DNA of 64,000 bases from Sedimenticolaceae bacterium (lineage in GTDB: Bacteria > Pseudomonadota > Gammaproteobacteria > Chromatiales > Chromatiaceae), in NCBI GenBank assembly GCA_965224515.1, contig OZ245051.1:3098267-3162266 (forward strand), read 5' to 3'. How positions within the stretch are numbered: position 1 is the stretch's first letter; the number at the start of each line of letters is the position of its first letter. The notes below the pieces were generated by a model. That model did no database searches, was not told where the DNA came from, and worked only from the letters and a program-made list of their open reading frames with translations. Shown in pieces: positions 1-11,171 of this stretch. The translations under genes were made by a program, and so were the position numbers.

Positions 1-28
1 ATCTTCTTTTTCCGCTACTCGATTAGAT

Positions 29-1069
29 TTGATAGCAAAAACTTTTTACAGTGAAGCGGTGGAGAAGGCTTTTACACAGGGTGTGGTTGATCCTCTACCC
101 CCTGGCAATATTTCCATGGAGTCCAGAGAACGGGGAGGAATGTATGCCCGATGGCGTCGGATTGGGCCGGGTGGGAAACCACTCGCACCGCAATACCTGG
201 GACCAGAGGGCGGAGATAGGCATCTTGAAGCGATTGCCAGTTATGACGAATTGTCGAGCATTGCCAGGTCAGCGAAGGTGTTACGCGATTTTGGGTTTGC
301 TACAGAAGATAATCTCTCTGCTGTGACTCTTGCCGCTTTTCACAATGCTGGTGTTTTTTCCGGCGGTGGTGTGCTTGTGGGTACCCGGGCCTTCAGGTGT
401 CTTACCAATTACCTGGGATTCAAGGTCAGACCTGTTTTGACAACCCAGGATATCGATATTGCACGGGGAGACAGAATAGCTCTTGGACTGCCGTTTCCCA
501 AGGGTGGAATGTATGACATTCTCAAACAGACTGGTCTTCAGTTTTCTGAAGTTCCAGGACTTGACCATCGAACACCCGCCACGGCGTGGAAAGTGCGGGG
601 CAGGGAACTGAAAGTCGATCTTCTGGTTCCCGGTGCCTACTCGTCAAAGCCATATCAGTCCATTGAGATACCTGAGCTGGGCGCCTATGCCACTTCGCTG
701 CCAGGGCTCAAGTATCTAATCAGTGGCAGTATCGAGACTATTTCAATAGGTAAAACTCAGTTGGTTCCGGTCCGTGTGCCCACACCCGGACGATTTCTTT
801 GGCATAAAATTGCAGTGTCTACGATGAGACCCGCGGCTTTACGGTCCAAAGCCGAAAAAGACCTGATTCAGGCGGCTTGTCTGGCTGCCTGCATGATCGA
901 GTCGGACTCGGATGAACTCTACACTGCAGTCGATAAAATGCCAAAATGGATGCGCAATAGAGTTGAAAACGCGTTTCCGCTTTTCGTCAGGCAGTTTGGT
1001 GACAGCCATCGTGACGTGGTGGAATTGATGGCAGATTGTGTTGGTATTAGTCTGACGGATATGTTGTGA
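29..1069 (+). CDS. Nucleotidyltransferase-fold protein (GSU2403-like family), possibly 5'-truncated by the window edge
   Basis: 346-aa ORF starting at TTG. The frame has no stop back to base 2, so the true start may lie upstream. Carries an NTase-like signature VLVGTRAF...TTQDIDIA (G[ST]...DxD). Family assignment is from memory, not a search. Confidence 0.45.
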   Translation: MIAKTFYSEAVEKAFTQGVVDPLPPGNISMESRERGGMYARWRRIGPGGKPLAPQYLGPEGGDRHLEAIASYDELSSIARSAKVLRDFGFATEDNLSAVTLAAFHNAGVFSGGGVLVGTRAFRCLTNYLGFKVRPVLTTQDIDIARGDRIALGLPFPKGGMYDILKQTGLQFSEVPGLDHRTPATAWKVRGRELKVDLLVPGAYSSKPYQSIEIPELGAYATSLPGLKYLISGSIETISIGKTQLVPVRVPTPGRFLWHKIAVSTMRPAALRSKAEKDLIQAACLAACMIESDSDELYTAVDKMPKWMRNRVENAFPLFVRQFGDSHRDVVELMADCVGISLTDML

Positions 1070-1116
1070 ACGGGATAATGTGGTCATTCCGGTGCTTGCT
1101 GGAATCCATTTCCTTC

Positions 1117-1570
1117 GCAGGTCGGCCTTCAGGCCGACAATCGACGTTGGAGTCGGGCTGAAGCCCGACCTACAAAGGCGCAGGGTGGGTTGCCCGCAGG
1201 TCGGCCTTCAGGCCGACAATCGGCGTTGGAGTCGGGGTGAAGCCCGACCTACAAAGGCGCAGGGTGGGTTGCCCGAAGGTCGGCCTTCAGGCCGACAATC
1301 GACGTTGGAGTCGGGCTGAAGCCCGACCTACAAAGGCGCAGGGTGGGTTGCCCGCAGGTCGGCCTTCAGGCCGACAATCGGCGTTGGAGTCGGGGTGAAG
1401 CCCGACCTACAAAGGCGCAGGGTGGGTTGCCCGCAGGTCGGCCTTCAGGCCGACAATTGACGTTGGAATCGGGCTGAAGCCCGACCTACAAAGGCGCAGG
1501 GTGGGTTGCCCGTAGGTCGGCCTTCAGGCCGACAATCGGCGTTGGAGTCGGGCTAAAGCCCGACCTACAA
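1117..1570. repeat. REP/REPIN tandem array 1 (6 units, 79-bp period)
   Basis: GTCGGCCTTCAGGCCGAC recurs at 1121, 1200, 1279, 1358, 1437 and 1516. Each copy is followed by the inverted partner GTCGGGCTGAAGCCCGACCTAC and a conserved spacer. Confidence 0.95.
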
Positions 1571-1593
1571 AGGTAGGATGAATTCCCCAACAG

Positions 1594-1620
1594 GGTGGGT
1601 TAGCGACAGCGTAACCCACC
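1594..1620 (-). terminator. Hairpin just downstream of purB (9-bp stem GGTGGGTTA/TAACCCACC), no U-tract
   Basis: Perfect 9-bp inverted repeat with a 9-nt loop, 10 nt after the purB stop. It lacks a T-run, so it is not a canonical intrinsic terminator. Confidence 0.3.
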
Positions 1621-1630
1621 GCTTTCCCGA

Positions 1631-3625
<1,995 letters not shown>

Positions 3626-3804
3626 GGCACGGAGAGCCTCAAACCGATGCAGGGTTATCAATAAAATTACTGCTGCAGTGCAGAAAATTTATTGGAATTA
3701 GGGTATAACACCCTGGTCAATAAACGCAGTAAATTAAAAGACACTTTTAAAGTTGTTTTTATCTATATGATTTATAACAACTTATAATTATTTGGAGAAC
3801 GCCC

Positions 3805-6399
3805 GTGTTAGAAGCCTATCGCAAACACGTAGAAGAACGTGCCTTAGAAGGCATACCACCACTTCCCCTGGATGCAGAACAGGTTGCCCAGCTGGTTGAA
3901 CTTCTGAAAAGCCCACCAGCCGGAGAAGAGGATTTTCTCCTCGATCTGCTAACCAACAGGGTACCCGCGGGTGTAGACCAGGCGGCCTATGTGAAGGCGG
4001 CTTTTCTGGCCGATGTTGCGAAAGGCAGTGCCAGCACACCTCTTATTGATAAGGTCAGGGCTATTGAATTGCTCGGAACCATGCTGGGTGGTTACAACAT
4101 TGCCCCCATGATCGAGGCGCTGGATGATGCATCACTGGCGCCAGCTGCGGCCAAGGCTCTGTCCCACACGCTTTTGATGTTCGACGCCTTCCATGATGTA
4201 AAAGAGAAAGCGGATGCGGGCAATGCCCATGCCCAGGGTGTACTACAGTCCTGGGCCGATGCGGAGTGGTTTACCAGCCGCAATGAACTGCCCGAAAAGA
4301 TCACTGTCACCGTCTTCAAGGTGAGTGGCGAGACCAATACCGACGATCTCTCCCCTGCACCTGACGCCTGGTCGCGTCCGGACATTCCCCTGCACGCCAA
4401 CGCCATGCTCAAAATGGAGCGCGAGGGCGTTGTTCCTGATCAGCCTGGAGAACTCGGGCCACTGAAACTGCTTCAGCAGCTCAAGGAGAAAGGGCATCCC
4501 GTTGCCTACGTTGGTGATGTTGTGGGCACAGGTTCATCACGAAAGTCGGCCACTAATTCGGTGCTCTGGCATACGGGTGATGATATCCCCTTTATCCCCA
4601 ACAAGCGGGGAGGAGGGTATGTTCTAGGCGGTAAGATCGCACCCATCTTTTTCAACACCATGGAAGATGCTGGTGCACTGCCCATCGAGTGTGACGTGAG
4701 CAGTCTGAACACCGGTGATGTGATCGATATTCATCCCCATGAAGGCGTGGTGAAAAACTCTGATACCGGTGAGGAGATCACCCGCTTCGAACTGAAGACC
4801 GATGTTATCCAGGATGAGGTGCGTGCCGGTGGCCGTATTCCATTGATCATTGGCCGTGGTCTGACCGACCGGGCCCGTGAAGCCCTGGATCTGGACCATT
4901 CGGATGTATTCAAACGCCCGGCCCCGGCCGAAGAGAGCAGCAGGGGATTCAGCCTGGCCCAGAAGATGGTAGGCCGCGCATGCGGTGTTGAGGGTGTACG
5001 CCCCGGCATCTACTGCGAGCCGCGGATGACCACCGTCGGCTCCCAGGACACCACCGGTCCCATGACCCGTGATGAGTTGAAGGATCTGGCCTGCCTTGGT
5101 TTTTCATCTGACCTGGTGATGCAGTCTTTCTGCCATACGGCGGCCTATCCCAAGCCTGTGGATATAAATACCCATCACACGCTGCCGGACTTTATCTCGT
5201 CCCGCGCAGGTGTCGCCCTGCGTCCCGGTGATGGTGTGATCCACTCCTGGCTCAACCGCATGCTGTTGCCAGATACCGTGGGTACCGGTGGCGATTCCCA
5301 TACCCGTTTCCCCATCGGTATATCTTTCCCGGCGGGTTCAGGCCTGGTGGCCTTTGCTGCGGCTACAGGCGTCATGCCGCTGGATATGCCTGAATCGGTG
5401 CTGGTGCGTTTCAAGGGGGATCTACAGCCCGGTATCACCCTTCGTGATCTGGTCAACGCCATTCCCTTCTATGCCATGAAGCAGGGGCTGCTGACTGTTG
5501 CCAAGGCTGGCAAGGTCAATATCTTTTCAGGCCGTATTCTTGAGATCGAGGGGCTGCCTGAACTGAAAGTGGAGCAGGCGTTTGAACTATCGGATGCGTC
5601 TGCCGAACGTTCCGCTGCCGGCTGTACCGTGAAACTGGATAAAGAGCCGATCATCGAGTATCTCAACTCCAACATCACACTGTTGAAGTGGATGATTGCC
5701 AACGATTACGAAGACAAGCGTACCCTGCAGCGCCGCATCGATGGCATGGAGCAGTGGCTGGAAAATCCGGAACTGCTGGAAGGGGATGCGGATGCCGATT
5801 ACGCCGCGGTCATTGAGATCGATCTCAACGAGGTGAAAGAGCCCATCCTGGCCTGCCCCAACGACCCGGATGATGTGAAGACCCTTGCGGACGTGGCGGG
5901 CACGAAGATCGACGAGGTCTTCATCGGCTCCTGCATGACCAACATCGGACATTTCCGTGCGGCGGGCAAACTGCTCGATGGCATGCACGATCTGCCCACC
6001 CGTCTCTGGATGGCGCCACCCACCAAGATGGACGAGCATATCCTTACCGAGGAGGGCTACTACAGCATCTTCGGCAAGGCCGGTGCGCGCATGGAGATGC
6101 CGGGTTGCTCCCTCTGCATGGGTAACCAGGCGCGGGTGAAAGACAACTCCACTGTGGTCTCCACCTCTACCCGAAACTTCCCCAACCGACTGGGAACCGG
6201 GGCCAATGTCTATCTCTCATCAGCTGAGCTTGCGGCGGTATCCGCCATTGTCGGCAGGATCCCAACCATGGATGAGTACATGAAGTATGCAAAAGAGATC
6301 GACACCATGGCTGAGGATGTATACCGCTACATGAACTTCGACCAGATTGAGTCTTACAGGGCTGTGGCGGATAAGGTGATACCTGTTGTAGCCGCCTGA
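3805..6399 (+). CDS. acnB: Aconitate hydratase B / 2-methylisocitrate dehydratase
   Basis: 864 aa with a GTG start 6 nt after GGAGA. AcnB-type N-terminus [20 protein letters not shown]. Fe-S ligand motifs IGSCMTN and [10 protein letters not shown] are present. Confidence 0.95.
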   Translation: MLEAYRKHVEERALEGIPPLPLDAEQVAQLVELLKSPPAGEEDFLLDLLTNRVPAGVDQAAYVKAAFLADVAKGSASTPLIDKVRAIELLGTMLGGYNIAPMIEALDDASLAPAAAKALSHTLLMFDAFHDVKEKADAGNAHAQGVLQSWADAEWFTSRNELPEKITVTVFKVSGETNTDDLSPAPDAWSRPDIPLHANAMLKMEREGVVPDQPGELGPLKLLQQLKEKGHPVAYVGDVVGTGSSRKSATNSVLWHTGDDIPFIPNKRGGGYVLGGKIAPIFFNTMEDAGALPIECDVSSLNTGDVIDIHPHEGVVKNSDTGEEITRFELKTDVIQDEVRAGGRIPLIIGRGLTDRAREALDLDHSDVFKRPAPAEESSRGFSLAQKMVGRACGVEGVRPGIYCEPRMTTVGSQDTTGPMTRDELKDLACLGFSSDLVMQSFCHTAAYPKPVDINTHHTLPDFISSRAGVALRPGDGVIHSWLNRMLLPDTVGTGGDSHTRFPIGISFPAGSGLVAFAAATGVMPLDMPESVLVRFKGDLQPGITLRDLVNAIPFYAMKQGLLTVAKAGKVNIFSGRILEIEGLPELKVEQAFELSDASAERSAAGCTVKLDKEPIIEYLNSNITLLKWMIANDYEDKRTLQRRIDGMEQWLENPELLEGDADADYAAVIEIDLNEVKEPILACPNDPDDVKTLADVAGTKIDEVFIGSCMTNIGHFRAAGKLLDGMHDLPTRLWMAPPTKMDEHILTEEGYYSIFGKAGARMEMPGCSLCMGNQARVKDNSTVVSTSTRNFPNRLGTGANVYLSSAELAAVSAIVGRIPTMDEYMKYAKEIDTMAEDVYRYMNFDQIESYRAVADKVIPVVAA

Positions 6400-6427
6400 C
6401 CGGTTAAACAGGCAAAAATGAGATAAA

Positions 6428-6456
6428 CGGGGCAGCCATGGCTGCCCCGTTTCATT
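6428..6456 (+). terminator. Rho-independent terminator of acnB
   Basis: CGGGGCAGC-CATG-GCTGCCCCG stem followed by TTTCATTT, 29 nt after the acnB stop. Confidence 0.8.
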
Positions 6457-6777
6457 TACAGCCCTGAAACAATTTTGTACAACAGACCCCGTTCTGATTT
6501 CCCTGCAGGGAAATATTCACTAAATCATTCCTTCTCTCCCGCGTTGCTTCTTAGCATGTTTTTTATTGCTGATTGTTCTGGATGTCACTTTAACGGGCTG
6601 AAAAACAGCTTGTACATTGTGCGATACAAAAGCGCTACAAATAAACGTTCTGCATCAATTTAAATCATCATGGTTTGCCTGTATTTTTTACACAGATGCA
6701 TACCACCAGATGAGTATACAAAGATGCGATGCATGATCTGTGTATGTCACTCCTGGTGATCGTGGAGGACAGAGTCA

Positions 6778-7035
6778 ATGGCTAATGAATATTTAAAGGA
6801 TTCCCTGAGCAGGCGACTGCTTAAAACAAGGATGGAACTCTCTTTGACACGGATTGAACTGAGCAGGATTTCCGGGACATCAAGGCATGAGATTAAAAAT
6901 ATAGAGGAGGGTGTTTCGCTGCGTCCGGACTCTATCGAAAGCATTGCCGATGCGCTCAAAGTCAATCCTGCATGGCTGCAGTTCGGAGATCTCTGGGCTG
7001 GTCGTGACCGAAGGTCAAATTCCAACAACCGATAG
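6778..7035 (+). CDS. XRE-family helix-turn-helix protein (single module)
   Basis: 85 aa. Pattern RLLKTRMELSLTRIELSRISGTSRHEIKNIEEG...IADALKVNPAWLQFG is typical of HTH_3/XRE domains. GGAGGA lies upstream of the ATG. Confidence 0.7.
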   Translation: MANEYLKDSLSRRLLKTRMELSLTRIELSRISGTSRHEIKNIEEGVSLRPDSIESIADALKVNPAWLQFGDLWAGRDRRSNSNNR

Positions 7036-7078
7036 TAGTGATCCAACCGGATTGGTATTTTTTAATGGGTATCGTGAT

Positions 7079-7603
7079 ATGCCAGACATGAAAGAAGCAA
7101 TTGGAAAACGGTTGTACAGCGCAAGAAAAGAGCTCGGGTTTTCCAGAACCAAGCTCTCAAGGCAATCAGGGATCAACTGGGCAAGTATCTACAAAATTGA
7201 AGCAGGGAACTGTGCACGCCCAAGGTCTATTGAAAAACTGGCCGAAGCAATCAGGGTGAATCCGGCGTGGTTGGAGTTTGGTAATCGCTGGGCCTCAAAG
7301 CAATTTGATTTTGATAGTTTGCGTTTGTCAAAAAACACAGCGCCTTCAGGTATACGGCCTGATGATTTGAACGAAATCCTCGCGGACCGCTTGAGGAATG
7401 CCCGTAAGAGCCTAGGGCTTTCACAAGCCAAGCTCGGAAAATCAGCCGGTGTTTCATGGTATGTGATTCAAAAGATAGAGGAGGGGAAGACCTTGCAGCC
7501 CCGCTGTCTTAAGCAGATTGCCAAAGCACTTGATGTTAATCCGGCATGGCTGCAGTACGGCGGTTTGTGGGCAAGGCGAAGCCGAAAACGTGTGACACAT
7601 TAA
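7079..7603 (+). CDS. Tandem double XRE-family HTH protein
   Basis: ORF 6911..7603 trimmed to the ATG at 7079 (alternative ATG at 7088). It holds two modules paralogous to the 6778 gene, each ending VNPAWL(E/Q)(F/Y)G. Confidence 0.65.
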   Translation: MPDMKEAIGKRLYSARKELGFSRTKLSRQSGINWASIYKIEAGNCARPRSIEKLAEAIRVNPAWLEFGNRWASKQFDFDSLRLSKNTAPSGIRPDDLNEILADRLRNARKSLGLSQAKLGKSAGVSWYVIQKIEEGKTLQPRCLKQIAKALDVNPAWLQYGGLWARRSRKRVTH

Positions 7604-7656
7604 ATTAACTGGATCTACGAAAAGTCTCTGAAAATCACAACATAGCCTTAACTGCT

Positions 7657-8108
7657 GTAGGTCGGCCTTCAGGCCGACAAGGCGGTGGATCGAATGGCTA
7701 GGGTGTCGGGCTGAAGCCCGACCTACGCCAGGGGAAAAGCTTGTAGGTCGGCCTTTAGGCCGACATAGCGGCGGATCGAATAGCCAGGGTGTCGGGCTGA
7801 AGCCCGACCTACATCCGGGGGGAACTCTTGTAGGTCGGCCTTCAGGCCGACAAAACGGTGGACCGAATAGCCAGGGTGTTGGGCTGAAGCCCGACCTACA
7901 TCCAGGGGGAACTCTTGTAGGTCGGCCTTCAGGCCGACAAAGCGGTGGACCGAATGGCCAGGGTGTCGGGCTGAAGCCCGACCTACGCCAGGGGGAAAGC
8001 TTGTAGGTCGGCCTTCAGGCCGACAAAGCGGTTGATCGAATGACCTGGACGTCGGGCTGAAGCCCGACCTACGCCAGGGGGAATCTTGTAGGTCGGCCTT
8101 CAGGCCGA
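7657..8108. repeat. REP/REPIN tandem array 3 (about 5 units, 85-87-bp period)
   Basis: GTAGGTCGGCCTT(C/T)AGGCCGAC occurs at 7657, 7743, 7830, 7917, 8003 and 8088, with GTCGGGCTGAAGCCCGACCTAC partners. Confidence 0.95.
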
Positions 8109-8140
8109 CATGTTGGCTGAACACTATGGAAGTACATTGA

Positions 8141-8953
8141 ATGTTTGAAGCTTTTGATATCAACCAGTTGACAACCGGCTACGTCATTCCCTGGGTAATC
8201 AATATTGGGTTTGCGCTGGTAATATTCATTTTCGGCCGACTCATCGCCAACGCCTTGGTGAAGTTGCTGGGAAAGCTGCTTGTCAGGGCAGAGATCGATG
8301 AGATTCTGATCAAGTTCATCACCTCCATAATAAAAGCGATTCTGCTGCTCTTTATTATCATCGCAGCACTCGATCAGTTGGGTGTCGATACGACCTCTCT
8401 CATCGCACTGCTTGGTGCAGCGGGTCTGGCAGTGGGTCTGGCACTGCAAAACTCCCTGCAGAACTTTGCAGCCGGTGTCATGCTGATTGTCTTTCGTCCT
8501 TTTAAATCGGGAGATTACATCGAGGCAGGCGGAACAACCGGTGTGGTAGAGGCAATCAGTATTTCCAGCACAATTTTGATTACCGCTGATAATCGTGAAG
8601 TGATCATTCCAAACAACTCCATCTATAGCGGATCTATCACCAACTACTCTGCACACGGTATTCGCCGCATAGACATGGTGTTCGGTATTGGTTACGAAGA
8701 CGATATTAAAATGGCAAAGGAGACCTTGCAGAGGATTCTCAGGGCGGACAAGCGTGTTCTGAATGACCCCGAGCCACTGATTGCCGTTGCAGAACTGGCT
8801 GACAGCAGCGTTAATTTCAATGTCCGCCCCTGGGTCAGGAGTGGTGATTATTGGGATGTGAAGTACGAATTAACAGAGAAAATAAAAATCACGTTTGATG
8901 AGAGTGGAATATCAATTCCATATCCACAGATGGATCTACACATCGATAAGTGA
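8141..8953 (+). CDS. mscS: Small-conductance mechanosensitive channel (MscS family)
   Basis: 270 aa with three N-terminal TM helices. Pore-helix region GAAGLAVGLALQNSLQNFAAGVMLI is followed by a beta-domain. Confidence 0.9.
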   Translation: MFEAFDINQLTTGYVIPWVINIGFALVIFIFGRLIANALVKLLGKLLVRAEIDEILIKFITSIIKAILLLFIIIAALDQLGVDTTSLIALLGAAGLAVGLALQNSLQNFAAGVMLIVFRPFKSGDYIEAGGTTGVVEAISISSTILITADNREVIIPNNSIYSGSITNYSAHGIRRIDMVFGIGYEDDIKMAKETLQRILRADKRVLNDPEPLIAVAELADSSVNFNVRPWVRSGDYWDVKYELTEKIKITFDESGISIPYPQMDLHIDK

Positions 8954-8969
8954 GACCAGTCTGTGGGCT

Positions 8970-9161
8970 GTAGGTCGGCCTTCAGGCCGACAAAGCGGTT
9001 GATCGAATGCTCAGGGCGTCGGGCTGAAGCCCGACCTACGCCAGGGGAAAAGCTTGTAGGTCGGCCTTCAGGCCGACAAAGCGGCAGATCGAATGGTCAG
9101 GGCGTCGGGCTGAAGCCCGACCTACGTCAGGGGAATCTTGTAGGTCGGCCTTCAGGCCGAC
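8970..9161. repeat. REP/REPIN array 4 (2+ units, same unit family as array 3)
   Basis: GTAGGTCGGCCTTCAGGCCGAC occurs at 8970, 9056 and 9140, with partners in between. Confidence 0.95.
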
Positions 9162-9207
9162 AGCTTATCGATACGCTTCATTTCTTTAGATCAAGCCAGG
9201 GACTCCA

Positions 9208-9657
9208 ATGAGCTATAACGCTCTACGAAAGGGACGCTTTTCTGAAAATGATCGTGAATATTTCATCACCACAGTCACACACAACAGAAAACCTCTTTTT
9301 CGATCACTTGAATGTGCTCAAATATGTATAAAGACATTCAGAGACGTAGCAGTTGAAAATAAGAGCCAGTGGCTAGCCTGGGTTCTGATGCCTGATCATT
9401 TCCACGGTTTACTCCTTCTTGGTGAAAGTCAGGATATTTCGAAGGTTGTTGGATATGCAAAAGGCAGATCCTCAAAACTCATAAATGGTGTGATAAATCA
9501 CTCAACCAGGGTGTGGCAACCTGGGTTTTATGATCATGCTTTGAGGAGAGAAGAGGACCGTTTGGTTCTGGCGCGTTATATCATTGCCAATCCTCTTCGA
9601 AAGGGTTTGGTTGAAAGGCTAGGTGATTACCCATACTGGGATAGCGTCTGGTTGTAG
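9208..9657 (+). CDS. REP-associated tyrosine transposase (RAYT, IS200/IS605-like Y1 HUH enzyme)
   Basis: 149 aa. HUH motif MPDHFHGLL and a catalytic Tyr region ARYIIANPLRKGL. The REP context supports the call. Confidence 0.85.
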   Translation: MSYNALRKGRFSENDREYFITTVTHNRKPLFRSLECAQICIKTFRDVAVENKSQWLAWVLMPDHFHGLLLLGESQDISKVVGYAKGRSSKLINGVINHSTRVWQPGFYDHALRREEDRLVLARYIIANPLRKGLVERLGDYPYWDSVWL

Positions 9658-9709
9658 CGAAACATGCCTCTCGTTTTAACCAATGAATTAGCAGATAGAT
9701 GGGCCTGAT

Positions 9710-9770
9710 GTCGGGCTGAAGCCCGACCTACATCCGGGGGGAATTTGGTAGGTCGGCCTTCAGGCCGACA
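9710..9770. repeat. Single REP doublet (tail-to-head orientation)
   Basis: GTCGGGCTGAAGCCCGACCTAC...GTAGGTCGGCCTTCAGGCCGAC. Confidence 0.9.
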
Positions 9771-9783
9771 AAGCGGTTAAACG

Positions 9784-10623
9784 CTACTGTTTTACCTCTT
9801 TGAGAAATTCATCCACGGCGTGCTGCATGGTGATTTCACCATCCATTACGGCCTGTCGGTAGCGGCGATTCCAATGAGGCATCAAAAGGTCAGCCCGTCT
9901 CCACTCTTCAAAAATCACATGGGCCAGGGGGCCTGCCTGGTCCAGAAAGCCACTCTCTTCGCAATCCCTCGCCATACGTTCACGGTCATATGAAAGGCGA
10001 ATGATCTCTCTGTGCCAGTTGCTATCCCGATATTCCAACTGGGCGTAACTGGAGCGGATATCCTTGTCGAACGGGGATCCAACTGATCCTATATTGAGAA
10101 TTCGGGTTTCCCGGTAAACTCTTTCATGAACCTTGTGGGTATGGGCTGTGATGAACAGGGCTGTTTCATCCGGGACTTTACCTTCAAGCGCCTCGTCGGA
10201 GATGCTCTCTGACACACCGCTTCGATTGCCGACGAGTGTACCGTGACTTACATGGACCCATTGATCGCTTTTCGGTGCATGGAAGTCGAGGTGATCCGCC
10301 CAGTCATCGAATTGGTTGACCGCTTCACCCAGTTTACCCGCTGTCCAGTCGGCAAACTGGCGTAGAGCAGCCTCCCGTTGGTTTTCGGGAGCGACCCTGG
10401 CGCAGTGAAGGATATAGTCTTCATGATTTCCACGCAGGGCAATACAGTTTCGACTCTTCTGCAGGTTGTTGAAGAGTTCGAGGCTCTCGATATTCATGGG
10501 ACCGCGATTAACGAGGTCGCCGTTCATGATTACCAGGTCGGGGTCCCAGTGGTCGATGTGTGAGGCCACCTCTTCAAATGCGGGCAGGTTGGCCTGTACA
10601 TCAGAAAAAACAGCGACCTTCAT
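9784..10623 (-). CDS. Metallophosphoesterase family protein
   Basis: 279 aa with calcineurin-like motifs VFSDVQ, NGDLVNRG, RGNHED and AHTH. Confidence 0.8.
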   Translation of the reverse strand: MKVAVFSDVQANLPAFEEVASHIDHWDPDLVIMNGDLVNRGPMNIESLELFNNLQKSRNCIALRGNHEDYILHCARVAPENQREAALRQFADWTAGKLGEAVNQFDDWADHLDFHAPKSDQWVHVSHGTLVGNRSGVSESISDEALEGKVPDETALFITAHTHKVHERVYRETRILNIGSVGSPFDKDIRSSYAQLEYRDSNWHREIIRLSYDRERMARDCEESGFLDQAGPLAHVIFEEWRRADLLMPHWNRRYRQAVMDGEITMQHAVDEFLKEVKQ

Positions 10624-10638
10624 TCAGTTTGTCCTGAG

Positions 10639-11070
10639 TCAGATCTGTTTGACGTTTGAGGGTTGTTCTGAGGCATTATTATCTTCTGTTGCCTGGTCAT
10701 ATAGTTCTTTGCCAGTCTCCTTGGCTGATTCGTAATACTCTTTTGACTTCTCTTTCGTTTTATTCCAAATCTCTTTTGTGGTGTCCGCTACCGATGTGCC
10801 GACCTCGCTGCCTTTCTCTTTGCCGGCCTCGAAGATCTCTTTGGATTTATCTACAGCTGCACCTGTGACATCCTTGGTGGTCTCCCAGGCGTTTTTACCC
10901 ATGCTCTTTGCTGTGTCTGTAACACTGGGTTCAGCACTGTTTCCGTTGATCGGGGCGGCAGGCGCTTCACTTGTCTGTGGCGGGGTTGCAGCTTGCTCTG
11001 CCTGGGAGCTCTCTTCACAGCCAAAAAGCAGTAGCGGGGTTGCAACGATTATGATTTTCAGGTGTTTCAT
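10639..11070 (-). CDS. Lys/Glu-rich lipoprotein, unknown function
   Basis: ORF trimmed to MKHLKIIIVATPLLLFGC (lipobox LFGC). The mature part is low-complexity and K/E/T-rich. Confidence 0.6.
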   Translation of the reverse strand: MKHLKIIIVATPLLLFGCEESSQAEQAATPPQTSEAPAAPINGNSAEPSVTDTAKSMGKNAWETTKDVTGAAVDKSKEIFEAGKEKGSEVGTSVADTTKEIWNKTKEKSKEYYESAKETGKELYDQATEDNNASEQPSNVKQI

Positions 11071-11171
11071 AACTAATCCTTGATGCATTGCTCTATTTAA
11101 GGGGCTGATTATTCACTATTGTCGATTCAGAATCTGTGAATTCAATAGTGTTATCTGGCTCTGATGGCCCA

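Larger units (their letters stand above)
8970..9770. mobile_element. REPtron: RAYT gene bracketed by its cognate REP elements
   Basis: The Y1 transposase homologue at 9208-9657 is flanked by REP array 4 on the left and a REP doublet (9710-9770) on the right. Confidence 0.8.

Noticed and set aside
6475-6663. A 62-aa ORF in the AT-rich leader of the HTH island, and a 68-aa ORF at 43368..43574 in the oad leader.
   Set aside because: Neither has a Shine-Dalgarno sequence or a recognisable domain. Their composition is typical of random ORFs in AT-rich non-coding DNA. They are kept only as part of the regulatory-region discussion.
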